Source: Owenia fusiformis
Taxonomy: Eukaryota
Assembly: GCA_903813345.2 (NCBI GenBank)
Contig: CAIIXF020000001.1
Coordinates: 13,206,001 to 13,270,000, forward strand
DNA length: 64,000 nt
Direction: 5' to 3'
Shown here: one piece after another, positions 63,763-64,000 of the stretch
How positions within the stretch are numbered: the stretch's first letter is position 1
Layout of the letters: every line of letters begins with the position of its first letter
The notes under the pieces: generated by a model
The model's database searches: none
What the model was told of the DNA's origin: nothing
Seen by the model: the letters and a program-made list of their open reading frames with translations, nothing else
Program-made: the position numbers and the translations under genes

Positions 63763-64000
63763 TAAGAACAGCTTTATGAATTTCAATACATGCAAATTAA
63801 GGAATATTTTGATCATTTTTTAGATTTGCTTACGTAACATAATAATTAGGGAATCTTAAAATATAAAGTACAATTACGTACCGGTAATTATTTTAGCAAA
63901 ACTAATTACTTCTATCTGAAAAGTATTTTCATATATATATCTTATTATTATTTTCAAGCGTGGTGGAACAGTAAGTGAACTAACTGCAGCAAATCAGTTT

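Overview
AT-rich animal genomic DNA with spliceosomal GT-AG introns. The gene and transposon repertoire suggests a lophotrochozoan, probably a mollusc (inference). Host genes, all on +: the 3' nine exons of POMGNT1 (707-7497); a 4-exon type I membrane LRR protein (12673-14878); two tandem paralogues of a 2-exon secreted prepropeptide with a 6-Cys C-terminal peptide (19161-22366 and 29990-37682); and the first 13 coding exons of a type II membrane GH31 alpha-glucosidase (48562 to beyond 63753). The standout feature is an intact 8,168-bp Polinton/Maverick-like endogenous virus (37971-46138). It has AG...CT termini, identical 161-bp TIRs and a 6-bp TSD (TAGAAA). It carries uninterrupted genes for a zinc-finger/packaging-ATPase fusion, an integrase with chromodomain, a small membrane protein, a minor capsid, a basic core protein, a major capsid and an adenain-like protease, but no protein-primed DNA polymerase. 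It sits inside a MITE that interrupts the 3' UTR of the second peptide gene. Other oddities: a 32-copy tandem array built from a GH31 exon end plus its splice donor, a minisatellite seeded from the LRR stop codon, a four-level nested transposon stack, several hairpin-terminated Crypton-like elements and Helentron-type HINEs. All family assignments come from recognising motifs by eye; no database search was run.
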